Of a stretch of 64,000 bases of DNA, positions 30,336-40,044 are shown piece by piece. The number at the start of each line of letters is the position of its first letter. The stretch's first letter is position 1. Source of the stretch: Isoptericola halotolerans (GTDB lineage: Bacteria > Actinomycetota > Actinomycetes > Actinomycetales > Cellulomonadaceae); NCBI RefSeq assembly GCF_013149785.1, contig NZ_JABEZU010000004.1, positions 62,001-126,000 on the forward strand, in the 5' to 3' direction. The notes under the pieces were generated by a model. That model ran no database searches. It was not told the DNA's origin and was given only the letters and a program-made list of their open reading frames with translations. The translations under genes were made by a program, and so were the position numbers.

Positions 30336-31945
30336 GAGCTGCTCCCCAGCCCGACGAGCGTCGCGTCCCAGGTCTCGACGTCGTCCACGACGACGTACTC
30401 GCTGTGGACGCCGAGCAGGTGGCCGTCCACGACGCGGACCCCACCGGCCAACGACTCGTGGCTCGACCGCCAGAGCTCGGTGCCGTCGTCCAGGCGCAGC
30501 GCGACGAGCTCGAGCCCGGTGCCCTCCCCCAGTGCGAGGAGGGCGACCTCCCCGTCCGTGGCGGCGCCGGACAACCACCCGGAGTACCCGACATGGTCGG
30601 CCTCGCTCTCGACGGACCATCGCACGTCCCCGGTCGTCAGGTCGACCGCGTCGAACGTCCCGTCCCCATGGTTCTGGACCACCGCCACGCCACCGGCCCG
30701 CACCGCGACCTGCGGGACCAGGACGCCGGCGACCCACAGCTCCTCCCCGCCCTCGTCGTAGGCCTGGAGTGCGTCGCCGGCGACCAGCCAGGGGCCGTCG
30801 ACGTCGTCGACCGCCAGGGGATCGAGGAGGAGGCCGGGCAGGTCGCGCTCCGCACCGTCCACGGTCATGACCCGGGTCCCGTTGTCGGTGCCCTCGTACT
30901 GCTCACCGTCGACCGACCTACCGGAGAACCCGCCGGGGCTGCCGTCCGGGGCCACCGTGACCGTCACCCCGCACAGGTGGAGCTGGACCACGGAGGTCGA
31001 CGCCCAGACATACGTCTCGAGCAACCACTCCGTCTCCCCCTCGGAGCCCAGCTCGGCCGAGCACCTCGCCAGGTCGTGCGCTGTGCGCAGCTCGGCCGTC
31101 GCCTCGCCACGCACCTCACCGGTGAGGGCGTCCTCCAGGCGCAGGACCGGGTCGTCCCACGTCCCCTCGGCCCGGCGTGCCTCCAGGGCGTCCGCCGCGT
31201 GCTGCGTGCCCTGCACGGTCAGGCTCTCGCGCCGGTGCTCCACGACGTAGACGGCACCGTCCGCGGCGGGACCGATCTCCGGCAGGCCGTCGGTCACCTG
31301 ACGCTGGGGCCGGCTCCCACGGCCCACGGCACGCTCACCGAGGACCGTGCCGTCGGCGCTCAGCACCGCGGCGGTCCGCTCGTCCGCACCGTACAGGCAG
31401 GTCAGCCGGTCCACCGGGGCCAGGAACTCGGCAGGACGGTTGGGGCGCGGACCGCAGTCGACCGCCTCGCCCAGCGCGGTCCGCCACAGCTCCGAGCCGT
31501 CCGCCACGTCGATGCCGATCACGTCCCGGCCGTCGACCGTGGCGACGACGCCGCCCGGCAGCACCGCGAAGATCCCGGCGTCCGACTCGACCCGCCACGT
31601 CTCCTCGACCGGAGCCGACAGGTCCGCCACGCCGCCCGGCATCGAGGCCATGTGGGCGGCGTGGGCCGCCTCGGTCCGGGCGTCAACGAGGGCCACGCCG
31701 GCCGCGACCAGGACGGCGGTGACGGCGACGCCACCGACCAGCCCGACCTGGCCCCGACGCGACAGGCCCCGCCAGCGGCGACCCAGCGGTCCGGCGACCC
31801 GGGTGGCGAACCACCCGGGCGTCGCCTCGGCCGGCGCCCCCGTCGTCGGCCCGTCCTGCGTGACCGACCCGCCACCGTCGAGACCACCGCCGTCGACGTC
31901 ACCGTCCGTCAGATCGATCTGCAGCGGGTCACGTCGTCGGGCCAT
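30332..31945 (-). CDS. Membrane-anchored PQQ-like beta-propeller protein (paralog 1)
   Basis: Single TM; DVADGSELW, DLTTGDVRW, RLDDGTELW; TAGATT 7 nt before ATG. Confidence 0.85.
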   Translation of the reverse strand: MARRRDPLQIDLTDGDVDGGGLDGGGSVTQDGPTTGAPAEATPGWFATRVAGPLGRRWRGLSRRGQVGLVGGVAVTAVLVAAGVALVDARTEAAHAAHMASMPGGVADLSAPVEETWRVESDAGIFAVLPGGVVATVDGRDVIGIDVADGSELWRTALGEAVDCGPRPNRPAEFLAPVDRLTCLYGADERTAAVLSADGTVLGERAVGRGSRPQRQVTDGLPEIGPAADGAVYVVEHRRESLTVQGTQHAADALEARRAEGTWDDPVLRLEDALTGEVRGEATAELRTAHDLARCSAELGSEGETEWLLETYVWASTSVVQLHLCGVTVTVAPDGSPGGFSGRSVDGEQYEGTDNGTRVMTVDGAERDLPGLLLDPLAVDDVDGPWLVAGDALQAYDEGGEELWVAGVLVPQVAVRAGGVAVVQNHGDGTFDAVDLTTGDVRWSVESEADHVGYSGWLSGAATDGEVALLALGEGTGLELVALRLDDGTELWRSSHESLAGGVRVVDGHLLGVHSEYVVVDDVETWDATLVGLGSSS

Positions 31946-31983
31946 GCGGCGCAATCTATCCCCACTGATCGACCTCAGGAAGC

Positions 31984-33222
31984 TCACCTCTCGGAGCGCA
32001 GCGCCTGCTTCCAGGAGATCCGCCCACCGGTCTGCATGAGCGCCCCGCGGAACGCCCGCTCGGAGACCAGGAGCGCCAGCACCGCGAAGGCCGCGAGGCC
32101 TGCGAGCGAGAGCACCGGCTCCCACCACGACGCGTCGCCGGAGAGCACGCGCACGGGCATCGCGACGACGTTCGCCACCGGGACGTACGACAGCACGGTG
32201 AGGAACGACCCCGAGGCGGTGAAGGTCAGGAAGTAGACGCCCATCACCAGCATCGTCATCGGCGTGGAGGTGTACTGCAGGTCCTCCGCCCGGCTGGCCA
32301 GCGCACCGGCCACCGCGTACAGGGCCGCCAGCGCCAGGAAGCCGACCGCGAAGAACACGACGAACCAGATCAGCGACGTCGACAGGGCGGGCAGCGCGAT
32401 CGAGATCGGGCTGGCCGCCACGGCCGCGAGGCCGACACCGGCGAACAACAGGTTCTGCCCCACGGCGATCACCGAGCTGCCGATGATCTTGCCCGCCAAC
32501 AGCTGCCGCAGCGGAACCGCCGTGGCGATGATCTCGACCAGCCGGGACTGCTTCTCCTCGACCACCGAGCTGGCGATCATGCTGCCTGACGTGATCGCGC
32601 CGGCGAAGAACAGGAAGGCCAGCGCGAAGCTCGCGAAGAACAACGCCTGATCACCCATCGCCTCCGGGTCCAGCGCCTCGGTCGTCAGCTCCGCACCCGC
32701 CGACAGCTCCGCCACGGTGGTGCCCGCCGCCTCGGCGTTCGCCGCCAGCACCTGCTGCTCGACGGCGGTGCCCAGCAGTCGGGAGACGACCCCGTCCGGT
32801 TCGCGCTCGCCGACCAGCACCCACCCGTCGTCGCCGGGGTGCAGCCACACGTCCGCCTCACCGCCGGACAGCGCGGCGCGGGCGGCGTCGTCGTCGGTCA
32901 CCTCGAGCAGGTCGATCTCGGTGCCGGCGTCCTCGGTCGCGGCGAGCTCGGCCGCCGCCGTCACGGACGCGACCGCCGTGGCATCCGTGCCCGCCACCGC
33001 GACGGCGTAGGTGTCGACACGGCTGGACTGCCACGTGAAGAACGCTGCGAGCGCCGCGATCACCACGAGCGAGACCACGAGGCCGATGGCGAACGCCTTG
33101 TTCATCGCGCGGGTGACGATCTCGCGCTGCGCCACGAGCAGCCAGGCGCCCCGGGTGCCGTCGTCCCCCGTGCCGTCGGCGGTGGTCGCCAGGGTGCTCG
33201 ATGTCGTCAGCGGCGTGGTCAT
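31984..33222 (-). CDS. ABC-2 permease (NatB/YhaP-like)
   Basis: SVVEEKQSRLVEII..LLAGKIIG; large extracellular loop. Confidence 0.9.
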   Translation of the reverse strand: MTTPLTTSSTLATTADGTGDDGTRGAWLLVAQREIVTRAMNKAFAIGLVVSLVVIAALAAFFTWQSSRVDTYAVAVAGTDATAVASVTAAAELAATEDAGTEIDLLEVTDDDAARAALSGGEADVWLHPGDDGWVLVGEREPDGVVSRLLGTAVEQQVLAANAEAAGTTVAELSAGAELTTEALDPEAMGDQALFFASFALAFLFFAGAITSGSMIASSVVEEKQSRLVEIIATAVPLRQLLAGKIIGSSVIAVGQNLLFAGVGLAAVAASPISIALPALSTSLIWFVVFFAVGFLALAALYAVAGALASRAEDLQYTSTPMTMLVMGVYFLTFTASGSFLTVLSYVPVANVVAMPVRVLSGDASWWEPVLSLAGLAAFAVLALLVSERAFRGALMQTGGRISWKQALRSER

Positions 33223-34106
33223 GCCGTCACCTCACGGTAGATCTGGGCCAGGGAAGGCCGGACAGGGCTGAGCTCGCGGACCTGGCCGCGCTCGAGGGCC
33301 GTGGCGAGCAACCGCTGGGCGGTGGCGTCGTCGGCCAGCTCGAGCAGCGCCGTCGGGCCGTCGACGTCCACGGCGTGCACACCGGGGACCCCCCGGACCC
33401 AGCCGGCGTCCGAGTCGAGGACGAGCCGGTGGCGCAGGGTGCCCGCCTCCTGGAGCTCGGTGGGGGTGCCGTCGGCGACGACCCGCCCGGAGCGCAGGAT
33501 GACCAGCCGCTCGCACAGCCGCTCGACGAGGTCGAGCTGATGGGAGCTGAACAGCACCGGGACACCGCGGGCCGTGTGCTCGCGCAGCAGGTCGACCATG
33601 CCGTCGACGGCGGCCGGGTCCAGGCCCGAGAACGGCTCGTCGAGGATGAGGGCCCGCGGTCGGCCCATCAGGGCCGCGGTGATCTGCACCCGCTGCTGGT
33701 TGCCGAGGCTGAGCTTCTCGACGTGGTCCTTGGCGCGGTCGGCGAGCCCGAGGCGGTCCAGGTGCTCCAGGGTCTCGCGCCGGGCGTCCGCCGTCGGGAT
33801 CCCTCGGAGCCGGGCCAGGTAGACGAGCTGGTCGAGGGCGGGCTGCTTCGGGTACAGGCCGCGTTCTTCGGGCATGTACCCGAAGGAGCGCCGGTCCGCA
33901 CGAGTGACGGGCCGTCCGCCGAAGCGCACCTCGCCGGAGGTGATCGCCAGGACGCCCATCATCATGCGCATCGTGGTGGTCTTGCCGGCACCGTTGGAGC
34001 CGACGAACCCGGTGAGCAGCCCTCCCGGGGCCCGGAAGGAGACGGCGTCGACGGCTCGGCGGTCGCCGAACGTTCTGGTCAGGTCGTGGACCTCGAGCGT
34101 GGTCAT
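33219..34106 (-). CDS. ABC transporter ATP-binding protein
   Basis: GSNGAGKTT, GYMPEERGLYPK, LSLGNQQRV, LDEPFSGLDP. Confidence 0.93.
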   Translation of the reverse strand: MTTLEVHDLTRTFGDRRAVDAVSFRAPGGLLTGFVGSNGAGKTTTMRMMMGVLAITSGEVRFGGRPVTRADRRSFGYMPEERGLYPKQPALDQLVYLARLRGIPTADARRETLEHLDRLGLADRAKDHVEKLSLGNQQRVQITAALMGRPRALILDEPFSGLDPAAVDGMVDLLREHTARGVPVLFSSHQLDLVERLCERLVILRSGRVVADGTPTELQEAGTLRHRLVLDSDAGWVRGVPGVHAVDVDGPTALLELADDATAQRLLATALERGQVRELSPVRPSLAQIYREVTA

Positions 34107-34205
34107 GGCACCGACGCTACGGAACCTCCCGCCGGAAGGGATCCGCCGCGGGGTGGACCGGGATGACTCCGCCTCGCGACGGACCGGCGGCGTCCGTCAG
34201 CGCAG

Positions 34206-34326
34206 CCGCTGCTGCGGGGACTCACCGATGAGCGACGGACGGGCGAGGTTGCCCGGCGACGGCCAGCCGTCACGCCGTGGAAGCTCACGCCTTCCGGGGT
34301 GGAAGGGTGAGTCGGCGCGGCGTCGG
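34206..34326. repeat. Two tandem degenerate ~57-bp hairpin units upstream of the AbiEi/DUF559-like gene
   Basis: 34206..34262 and 34269..34326 share gc.g.gg...CTCAC-N19/20-GAG-N6-CGGCG.CGG. Confidence 0.65.
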
Positions 34327-34384
34327 TGCACAGGCTGTGGATGGCGGCTGCGGGCTGTGGGTCCGCCACGCTGAGATGGTCCGC

Positions 34385-35374
34385 ATGCCCACTCCTCGCC
34401 TCGTCGTGCCGACCCGGCTGCTCCTGAGGGCCCAGGTCCAGGAAGGGCTCGTCTCCGTCCGCCAGGCCCGGGCGGAGGGGATGACAGACGCACAGCTCCA
34501 CCGACTCGTCCGCTCGCACCGGTGGCTCCGCGTCGCTCGCGGGGTCTACGACACCCGGGAGCCGGGCATCCTCGACCTCGACCCGTACGACCGACGACGA
34601 CGGCGCGCCGCCGTGCTGGGAGCCCTGGCCCACCCCGGGTCGATCGTCACGGGGGTCGCCGCGCTGGTGCTGCACGGCGTGCAGGGCGCGCCGACGAGCG
34701 TCACCCCCGAGGTGACGATGCCGGACCGCACGGACCGGAAGGGGTCAGGTGCCGTGCGGGTCCGCCGTGTCACGACGAACGGGCACGTCGAGGTGCACGG
34801 GCTGCGCTCCGCCATGGTGGCGGACGCTCTCGTCCAGGCGGTGCCCACCGTCGGCCGGCGCCATGCCGTGGCTCTCATGGACTCGGCCCGGCAGCAGCGG
34901 CTGATCGACGCCGACGGGTTCGCCCTGGCCGCGCAGCTCGACCGGCGACGACCCGGCGGCGTGCGTCGCCGAGGGTGGTGGCAGGCGTCCCGGCGCCAGG
35001 CGGAGTCCCCGGCCGAGACGTGGGCGCGGTTGACCTGCACCGACCGGGGAGTCCGGCCGGACGTGCTGCAGCTCCCGGTGGACGACGCCTCGGGCCGGCA
35101 GGTCGCCCGGGTCGACCTCGCCTGGCTGCTGCCGGACGGCGGAGCGCTCCTCGTCGAGATCGACGGCCGAGACGTCCACGACCGTCCCGACGCCGTGCTG
35201 CGCGACCGCGACCGGCAGAACCGGCTCGCCGGCCGCCGCTCCCTCGTGCTGCGGTTCACCGGCAGGGAGGCGTGGGACGGCACCGCTGCCGCCCGGGTAG
35301 CCGCTGTCCTCGAGAAGGAACGCTGGCACCCGCAGCGGCCGCCCGCCACCTTCCGGTTCCGGCCGACGGGCTGA
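34385..35374 (+). CDS. AbiEi-like N-terminal wHTH fused to DUF559/Vsr-like PD-(D/E)XK nuclease
   Basis: QEGLVSVRQA..GM..WLRVARGVY; ESPAETWARL; ARVDLAW..LVEIDGRDVH..DRDRQNRL..VLRFT. Confidence 0.82.
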   Translation: MPTPRLVVPTRLLLRAQVQEGLVSVRQARAEGMTDAQLHRLVRSHRWLRVARGVYDTREPGILDLDPYDRRRRRAAVLGALAHPGSIVTGVAALVLHGVQGAPTSVTPEVTMPDRTDRKGSGAVRVRRVTTNGHVEVHGLRSAMVADALVQAVPTVGRRHAVALMDSARQQRLIDADGFALAAQLDRRRPGGVRRRGWWQASRRQAESPAETWARLTCTDRGVRPDVLQLPVDDASGRQVARVDLAWLLPDGGALLVEIDGRDVHDRPDAVLRDRDRQNRLAGRRSLVLRFTGREAWDGTAAARVAAVLEKERWHPQRPPATFRFRPTG

Positions 35375-35385
35375 GAGGCTCGGCA

Positions 35386-35442
35386 CCGGTGCTGCGGATC
35401 CTCACTCCTCAGGGACCGATGCCTGAGATCTCCCGGCGACGG
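35386..35442. repeat. Third degenerate 57-bp hairpin unit, downstream of the AbiEi/DUF559-like gene
   Basis: 40/57 ungapped identity to 34206..34262 (hand count), same orientation. Confidence 0.7.
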
Positions 35443-35447
35443 GGGCG

Positions 35448-36143
35448 TCAGCCTGCGTGCCGGTGGACGTAGACGACGGCCTGCACCCGGTCGCGCAGGT
35501 GCAGCTTGGACAGCACGTTGGAGACGTGGGTCTTGACGGTCGCCTCACCGAGGAACAGCTCGGCGGCGATCTCGGCGTTCGACAGGCCCCGACCCACCAG
35601 GGTCAGGACCTCCAGCTCCCTGGGGGTCAGCAGGTCCGCACCCGGGGCCGACGGCGGCACCGCGGCCGGCTGCTCCGGCGCCGGCCGTCCGGTCGCCGAC
35701 CGGAGGGCGGGCGAGTCGGCCGACCCCGCCGACACCATGCGGTCGACGACGCGCCGCGTCACCTGGGGCGACAGCAACGCCTGCCCCTCGGCGACCGTGC
35801 GGACGGCCTCGACGAGGTGCTCGGCGTCGGAGTTCTTCAGCAGGAACCCGGAGGCACCCGCCGCCAGGGCGTCGAACACGTAGTCGTCGGTGTCGAAGGT
35901 GGTGAGCACCAGCACCGGGGCCAGGTTCTCCGCGGCGATCCGTCGCGTCGCCTCGATGCCGTCCATCACGGGCATCTGGACGTCCATGAGGACGACGTCG
36001 GGGCGCAGCTCGCGGGCAGCCTCGACCGCCTCGGCACCGTCCGCGGCCTCGCCGACCACCTCGAGGTCGTCCTCCACCGAGAGGATGAGCCGGAACCCCG
36101 ACCTGACCAGAGCCTGGTCGTCGACCAGCAGGACGGTCGTCAT
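35448..36143 (-). CDS. NarL/LuxR-family response regulator
   Basis: LVDDQALVRSGF, DVVLMDVQMP, LTPRELEVL..SNAEIA..TVKTHV. Confidence 0.93.
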   Translation of the reverse strand: MTTVLLVDDQALVRSGFRLILSVEDDLEVVGEAADGAEAVEAARELRPDVVLMDVQMPVMDGIEATRRIAAENLAPVLVLTTFDTDDYVFDALAAGASGFLLKNSDAEHLVEAVRTVAEGQALLSPQVTRRVVDRMVSAGSADSPALRSATGRPAPEQPAAVPPSAPGADLLTPRELEVLTLVGRGLSNAEIAAELFLGEATVKTHVSNVLSKLHLRDRVQAVVYVHRHAG

Positions 36144-37525
36144 GACTCCTCCAGGGGCAGCGGCAGCCGGACGCGCACACGGTACCCGCCCATCACGCGC
36201 GGACCGATCTCCGCCACCCCGTGGTGCGTGGCGACCCGCTCACGGATGCCCACCAGCCCCAGCCCGGACCCGGAGGACCCCGGGCGGGCCCGGCCGTCGT
36301 CGACCACCTCGACCTCGGCGAAGCCTCCTCGGAACCGCTCGTCGTCCGGGACCGGTCGTCGGTCCACCCGGACGGTGATCCCGACCGCACGGGCCGTCGA
36401 GTGCTTGCGGACGTTCGCCAGGGCCTCCTGCGCGGTCCGGTACAGGCTGAGACCCAGCGCCCCCGGGACCGCGGGAACGCCGCCGGGCGGCTCGGAGACC
36501 AGCGTGACCGAGACGTCGAGGCCGTCGTCGGCCTCGGCCAGCCGGGCGATGTCGTCGACCCCCGGCTCCGGCGATCGGCCGCCCCCGGCCCCCGGGTCGT
36601 CACCGTCGTCGCCGATCTCCCGCAGCGTGCCGACCAGTCCGCGCATCTGCTCCACGGCGTCGCGCGAGGCGGCCTCGATGGTGGCGAGCGGCACCCGGGG
36701 ATCCTGGGTGGCGGCGTCGCCCTTCGCCAGGAGCCGGCGGGCCGCCGACGCCTGGATCCCGATCACGGACACGTGGTGCGCGACGACGTCGTGCAGCTCG
36801 CGGGCGATCCGCAGCCTCTCCGAGACGACGGCACGGCGGCCGAGCTCGGCGGCCTGCCGCTCGATCGTGGTGGCCTGCTCGGTGAGCTGCGCCCGTCGTC
36901 GCGCCCCGTGCCAGGTGACCTGCCCCAGGGCGATCGCCCCGAAGAAGTAGGCGAAGTTCACCAGCCATGACTGGGCGACCATCGCGCCGAGGGGCGGGAA
37001 GAGTCCCGGCGGGTCGTCGAGCAGACCCTCGTTCTCGGCGAACTGCTGCATGCCGGAGCTGACGGCCATCTGCCAGAACAGCCAGCCGAACATGGCGACG
37101 AGGCTGGCCGTGACCACGATGATCATGGCTCGGCGGTCGCGCGCCCACGCCACGGCCGTGTACAGCGTCATGAAGTACACCACCTGCAGCACCTGGGTCA
37201 TCACGACGTCCGGGACGGTCAGGCCGACGAGGAGGAAGTGGGCGTAGACGGTGGCGAGCACCGCCAACGGGTACCGGCGGCGGACCACGAGCGGCAGCGC
37301 TCCGGCGGCGGACAGCGTGTAGAGGAGCCAGGGCGGCTCGGGATCGCCCCAGAGGTACCCGGCCGAGCGGGCCAGCTCCATGCCTGCCACCGCCAGGACC
37401 GTGAGCCCCAGCCCGAGCCACACGTCTCGGCGGTAGGCAGCACGCGGGTCGGCAGGCAGGCGGTCGAAGTCGTCGTCGAGGCCGAACCACTCGGCGAGCA
37501 CCTCGGTGGGGCGGGGTCGCGGCAT
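36140..37525 (-). CDS. HisKA_3 sensor histidine kinase
   Basis: ERLRIARELHDVVAHHVS, YRTAQEALANVRKHS, GLGLVGIRERV; TACGCT 6 nt before ATG. Confidence 0.92.
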   Translation of the reverse strand: MPRPRPTEVLAEWFGLDDDFDRLPADPRAAYRRDVWLGLGLTVLAVAGMELARSAGYLWGDPEPPWLLYTLSAAGALPLVVRRRYPLAVLATVYAHFLLVGLTVPDVVMTQVLQVVYFMTLYTAVAWARDRRAMIIVVTASLVAMFGWLFWQMAVSSGMQQFAENEGLLDDPPGLFPPLGAMVAQSWLVNFAYFFGAIALGQVTWHGARRRAQLTEQATTIERQAAELGRRAVVSERLRIARELHDVVAHHVSVIGIQASAARRLLAKGDAATQDPRVPLATIEAASRDAVEQMRGLVGTLREIGDDGDDPGAGGGRSPEPGVDDIARLAEADDGLDVSVTLVSEPPGGVPAVPGALGLSLYRTAQEALANVRKHSTARAVGITVRVDRRPVPDDERFRGGFAEVEVVDDGRARPGSSGSGLGLVGIRERVATHHGVAEIGPRVMGGYRVRVRLPLPLEES

Positions 37526-37642
37526 CGGTCCAGCGTAGGGAACCCGCCCACGGCCCGGATCCCCCCGACGACGGAGATCCGGGTCCGACGGCGCGTCGAG
37601 CCTCGCCGGGTGGGGCGTCCGGGTTCGTGCCAGCCTGCGGGG

Positions 37643-38482
37643 ATGACGGCCTTCTGGATCTGCCGCACCTGCGCCGTCGAGCACGCGGCGCCACCGGAGC
37701 TCTGCGCGATCTGCGCCGACGAGCGGCAGTGGGTGCCGGCGTCGGGCCAGGCCTGGACCTCGCTGGACGAGCTCGCCTCCGCGGGGCGGCGGATCGAGGT
37801 CCACGAGCTGGAGCCGAACCTGTTCGCGCTGGAGTCCGTTCCCGACGTGGGCATCGGGCAGCAGTCCAAGCTCGTGCGCACGGCACGCGGCGCGCTGCTG
37901 TGGGACCCGCTCGGTTTCGTGGACGACGACGGCGTCGCCGCGGTGCGCGACCTGGCCGGCCCGGCAGGGGTCGTCGCGGTGGTCGCGAGCCACCCGCACA
38001 TGTTCGGGGTCCAGGTGGAGTGGAGCCGCCGGCTGGCCGGGGACGAGGATCCGATCCCGGTCCTCGTCGCCGAGGCCGACGTCGGCTGGGTGGCCCGGCC
38101 GGACCCCGCGATCCGGACGTGGTCCGGTGAGATCGAGGTGCTGCCCGGGGTCACGCTGAGCCAGCCGGGCGGGCACTTCCCGGGCTCCGCCGTCGTGCAC
38201 TGGGCCGCCGGGGCCGACGGGCGGGGCGTGCTGCTCTCGGGGGACACGATCTTCGCCAACCCGGACCGCACGTCGGTGAGCTTCCTGCGCAGCTACCCGA
38301 ACCGCATCCCGCTGTCGGGGGCGGTGGCACTGCGGGTCGCCGGTCACGTGGCCCGGAGGCCGTTCGACCGGCTGTACAACAACTTCGACGGTGTGATCCC
38401 CGAAGACGCGCGTGCCGCCGTGCTGAGATCAGCACGACGGCACGCGGCGTGGGTGCGAGGGGACTTCGATCACCTCACGTGA
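37643..38482 (+). CDS. MBL-fold hydrolase with N-terminal Cys4 motif
   Basis: ICRTC..CAICADERQWV, ASHPHMFG, GGHFPGS, LLSGDT, SYPNRIPL. Confidence 0.85.
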   Translation: MTAFWICRTCAVEHAAPPELCAICADERQWVPASGQAWTSLDELASAGRRIEVHELEPNLFALESVPDVGIGQQSKLVRTARGALLWDPLGFVDDDGVAAVRDLAGPAGVVAVVASHPHMFGVQVEWSRRLAGDEDPIPVLVAEADVGWVARPDPAIRTWSGEIEVLPGVTLSQPGGHFPGSAVVHWAAGADGRGVLLSGDTIFANPDRTSVSFLRSYPNRIPLSGAVALRVAGHVARRPFDRLYNNFDGVIPEDARAAVLRSARRHAAWVRGDFDHLT

Positions 38483-38503
38483 TCGGTCGACCGGGGTCGA
38501 CGA

Positions 38504-39892
38504 TCAGTGGTCGTGGTCGTGGTCCTCGTCACCGTGGTCGTGGTCCTCGTCACCGTGGTCGTGGTCCTCGTGGTCCTCGTCCTCGTGCGCCTCGTCCTCG
38601 TGCGCCTCGTCCTCGTGACCGTGGTCGTGCTCGGCCGGGGGCTCGCCCAGGGCGCCGGAGATCTCGTTCGGCGCGACGTCCAGCTCACCGGTGGCCCACA
38701 CCTCGCCGTCGATGATGTCCACCGCGTGGACGGCGTTGTTCGCCGGGTCGGTCACGTAGACCGAACCGTCGAGGGTGAAGACGGCCGGGCGCGGCTCCTG
38801 CCACTCCTCCGGCTCCTCCCACTCGTCGACCACGGGGATCGACGCGGTGATCTCGGCGGTCTCCGGGTCGATGACCTGCAGGGAACCGTCGGTGGTGAGC
38901 ACGAGAGCCTCGCCGTCGTCGCCGCGGGCGAGCGAGCGGAAGGTGTACGAGCCCGGGAGCTCGACGAGCTCGAGGCTCGCGTCGCGGGTGTCGATCAGGC
39001 TGACCGTGGTGGGGCGCTCGAGGTCGGCGTCCGGGTCGGTCTTGTAGTCGCCGAGCATGATCGGCGACGTCTCGCTGCCGGCCTGGTTGCCGATACGGGA
39101 GTACTCGTCCGGGGTCTCGACCTTGGTGATCTCGCCGTCGGCGTAGATCAGGGCGCCGTCGGTGCAGCCGACGACGACGGCCTCACCCTGGGCGACGGCC
39201 TCGCCGTGCACGCCGGGGCACTCGTCGCTCGCAGCGATCTCCTCGCCGTCGGCGTCGAGCACGCGGATGCCGGTGCGCTCGTCCTCGTTGCCCTCGGTGA
39301 CCAGCAGGGAGCCGTCGCTCAGCGGGACGGCCACACCGTGGTGGGCCTCGGCGAGCTGGACCTCCTCGACACCTTCCTGGGTGGCGATCTCGTCGGAGTC
39401 GACGAGCTGGATCAGACCGGTGCCGTCGTCGAAGAGCGCCGTGACGCCGTCGTGCACGACGGCATGACCCGGCGTCTCGGCGGCGTACACGACGTCCGTG
39501 AGCTGCGGCGACTTCGTGAAGTAGTGGTAGTGGTCGCCGTGGCCCTGACCGTAGGTGCCCGTGTCGAGGACCTGGAACCCGCCGGTGGTGGACACGAGGA
39601 CGTGCTGGCCGTCGCCCGCCGGGTTGAGGCGGTTGAAGCCGGCGAGCTCGATGTCGGCGACCTCCTCGAGGGTCTGCGCGTCGAGGACCTTGATGCCTCC
39701 GTCGTAGGTCACGGCGAGGCGCGGGCTGCGCCCCTGGACCTCGGTCGCAGGCTCGTCGGTGGTCTCGTCGGCAGCGGGGGCCGACTCGGTGGGCTCGGCG
39801 GCCGGCTCGTCGGAGTCGGTGCCGCAGGCCGCGACGAGCGCGAGCGGCAGGGCGAGCGCGAGCGCGGTGGCCGCGCGGGAACGGAGTTTCAT
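38504..39892 (-). CDS. aztD: AztD-like zinc metallochaperone lipoprotein with His/acidic tail
   Basis: VAAC lipobox; TYDGG, GFNRLNPAGDG, HGDHYHY, PGHAVVH, AHHGVA, CPGVHGEA; C-terminal HDHG/EDEAH repeats. Confidence 0.85.
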   Translation of the reverse strand: MKLRSRAATALALALPLALVAACGTDSDEPAAEPTESAPAADETTDEPATEVQGRSPRLAVTYDGGIKVLDAQTLEEVADIELAGFNRLNPAGDGQHVLVSTTGGFQVLDTGTYGQGHGDHYHYFTKSPQLTDVVYAAETPGHAVVHDGVTALFDDGTGLIQLVDSDEIATQEGVEEVQLAEAHHGVAVPLSDGSLLVTEGNEDERTGIRVLDADGEEIAASDECPGVHGEAVAQGEAVVVGCTDGALIYADGEITKVETPDEYSRIGNQAGSETSPIMLGDYKTDPDADLERPTTVSLIDTRDASLELVELPGSYTFRSLARGDDGEALVLTTDGSLQVIDPETAEITASIPVVDEWEEPEEWQEPRPAVFTLDGSVYVTDPANNAVHAVDIIDGEVWATGELDVAPNEISGALGEPPAEHDHGHEDEAHEDEAHEDEDHEDHDHGDEDHDHGDEDHDHDH

Positions 39893-39964
39893 GGGTGACG
39901 TCTTTCCATCTCTGGCTGTCCGGGCGTGGCGCGCGGGCGCGGGCACCGGGGGACTCCTGCGCGG

Positions 39965-39985
39965 GAATGAGAACCGTTCGCAAGG
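39965..39985. promoter_or_regulatory. Putative Zur box upstream of aztD
   Basis: GAATGAGAACCGTTCGCAAGG resembles the actinobacterial Zur palindrome AATGAAAA-N3-TTTTCATT; weaker second site at 40003..40023. Confidence 0.65.
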
Positions 39986-40044
39986 AGTCCCTAGTGAAGC
40001 ACGGCCCATAACGGTTATCAAACTCATGATGGCCGCGGGGCCGG

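Noticed and set aside
27024..30761. Very long alternative ORFs (1245 aa here; also 506..3109, 12168..15095, 45795..49292)
   Set aside because: Antisense shadows of real genes, expected at this GC content, with no motifs
34385..35374. Complete type IV (AbiE) toxin-antitoxin system
   Set aside because: No adjacent nucleotidyltransferase toxin gene
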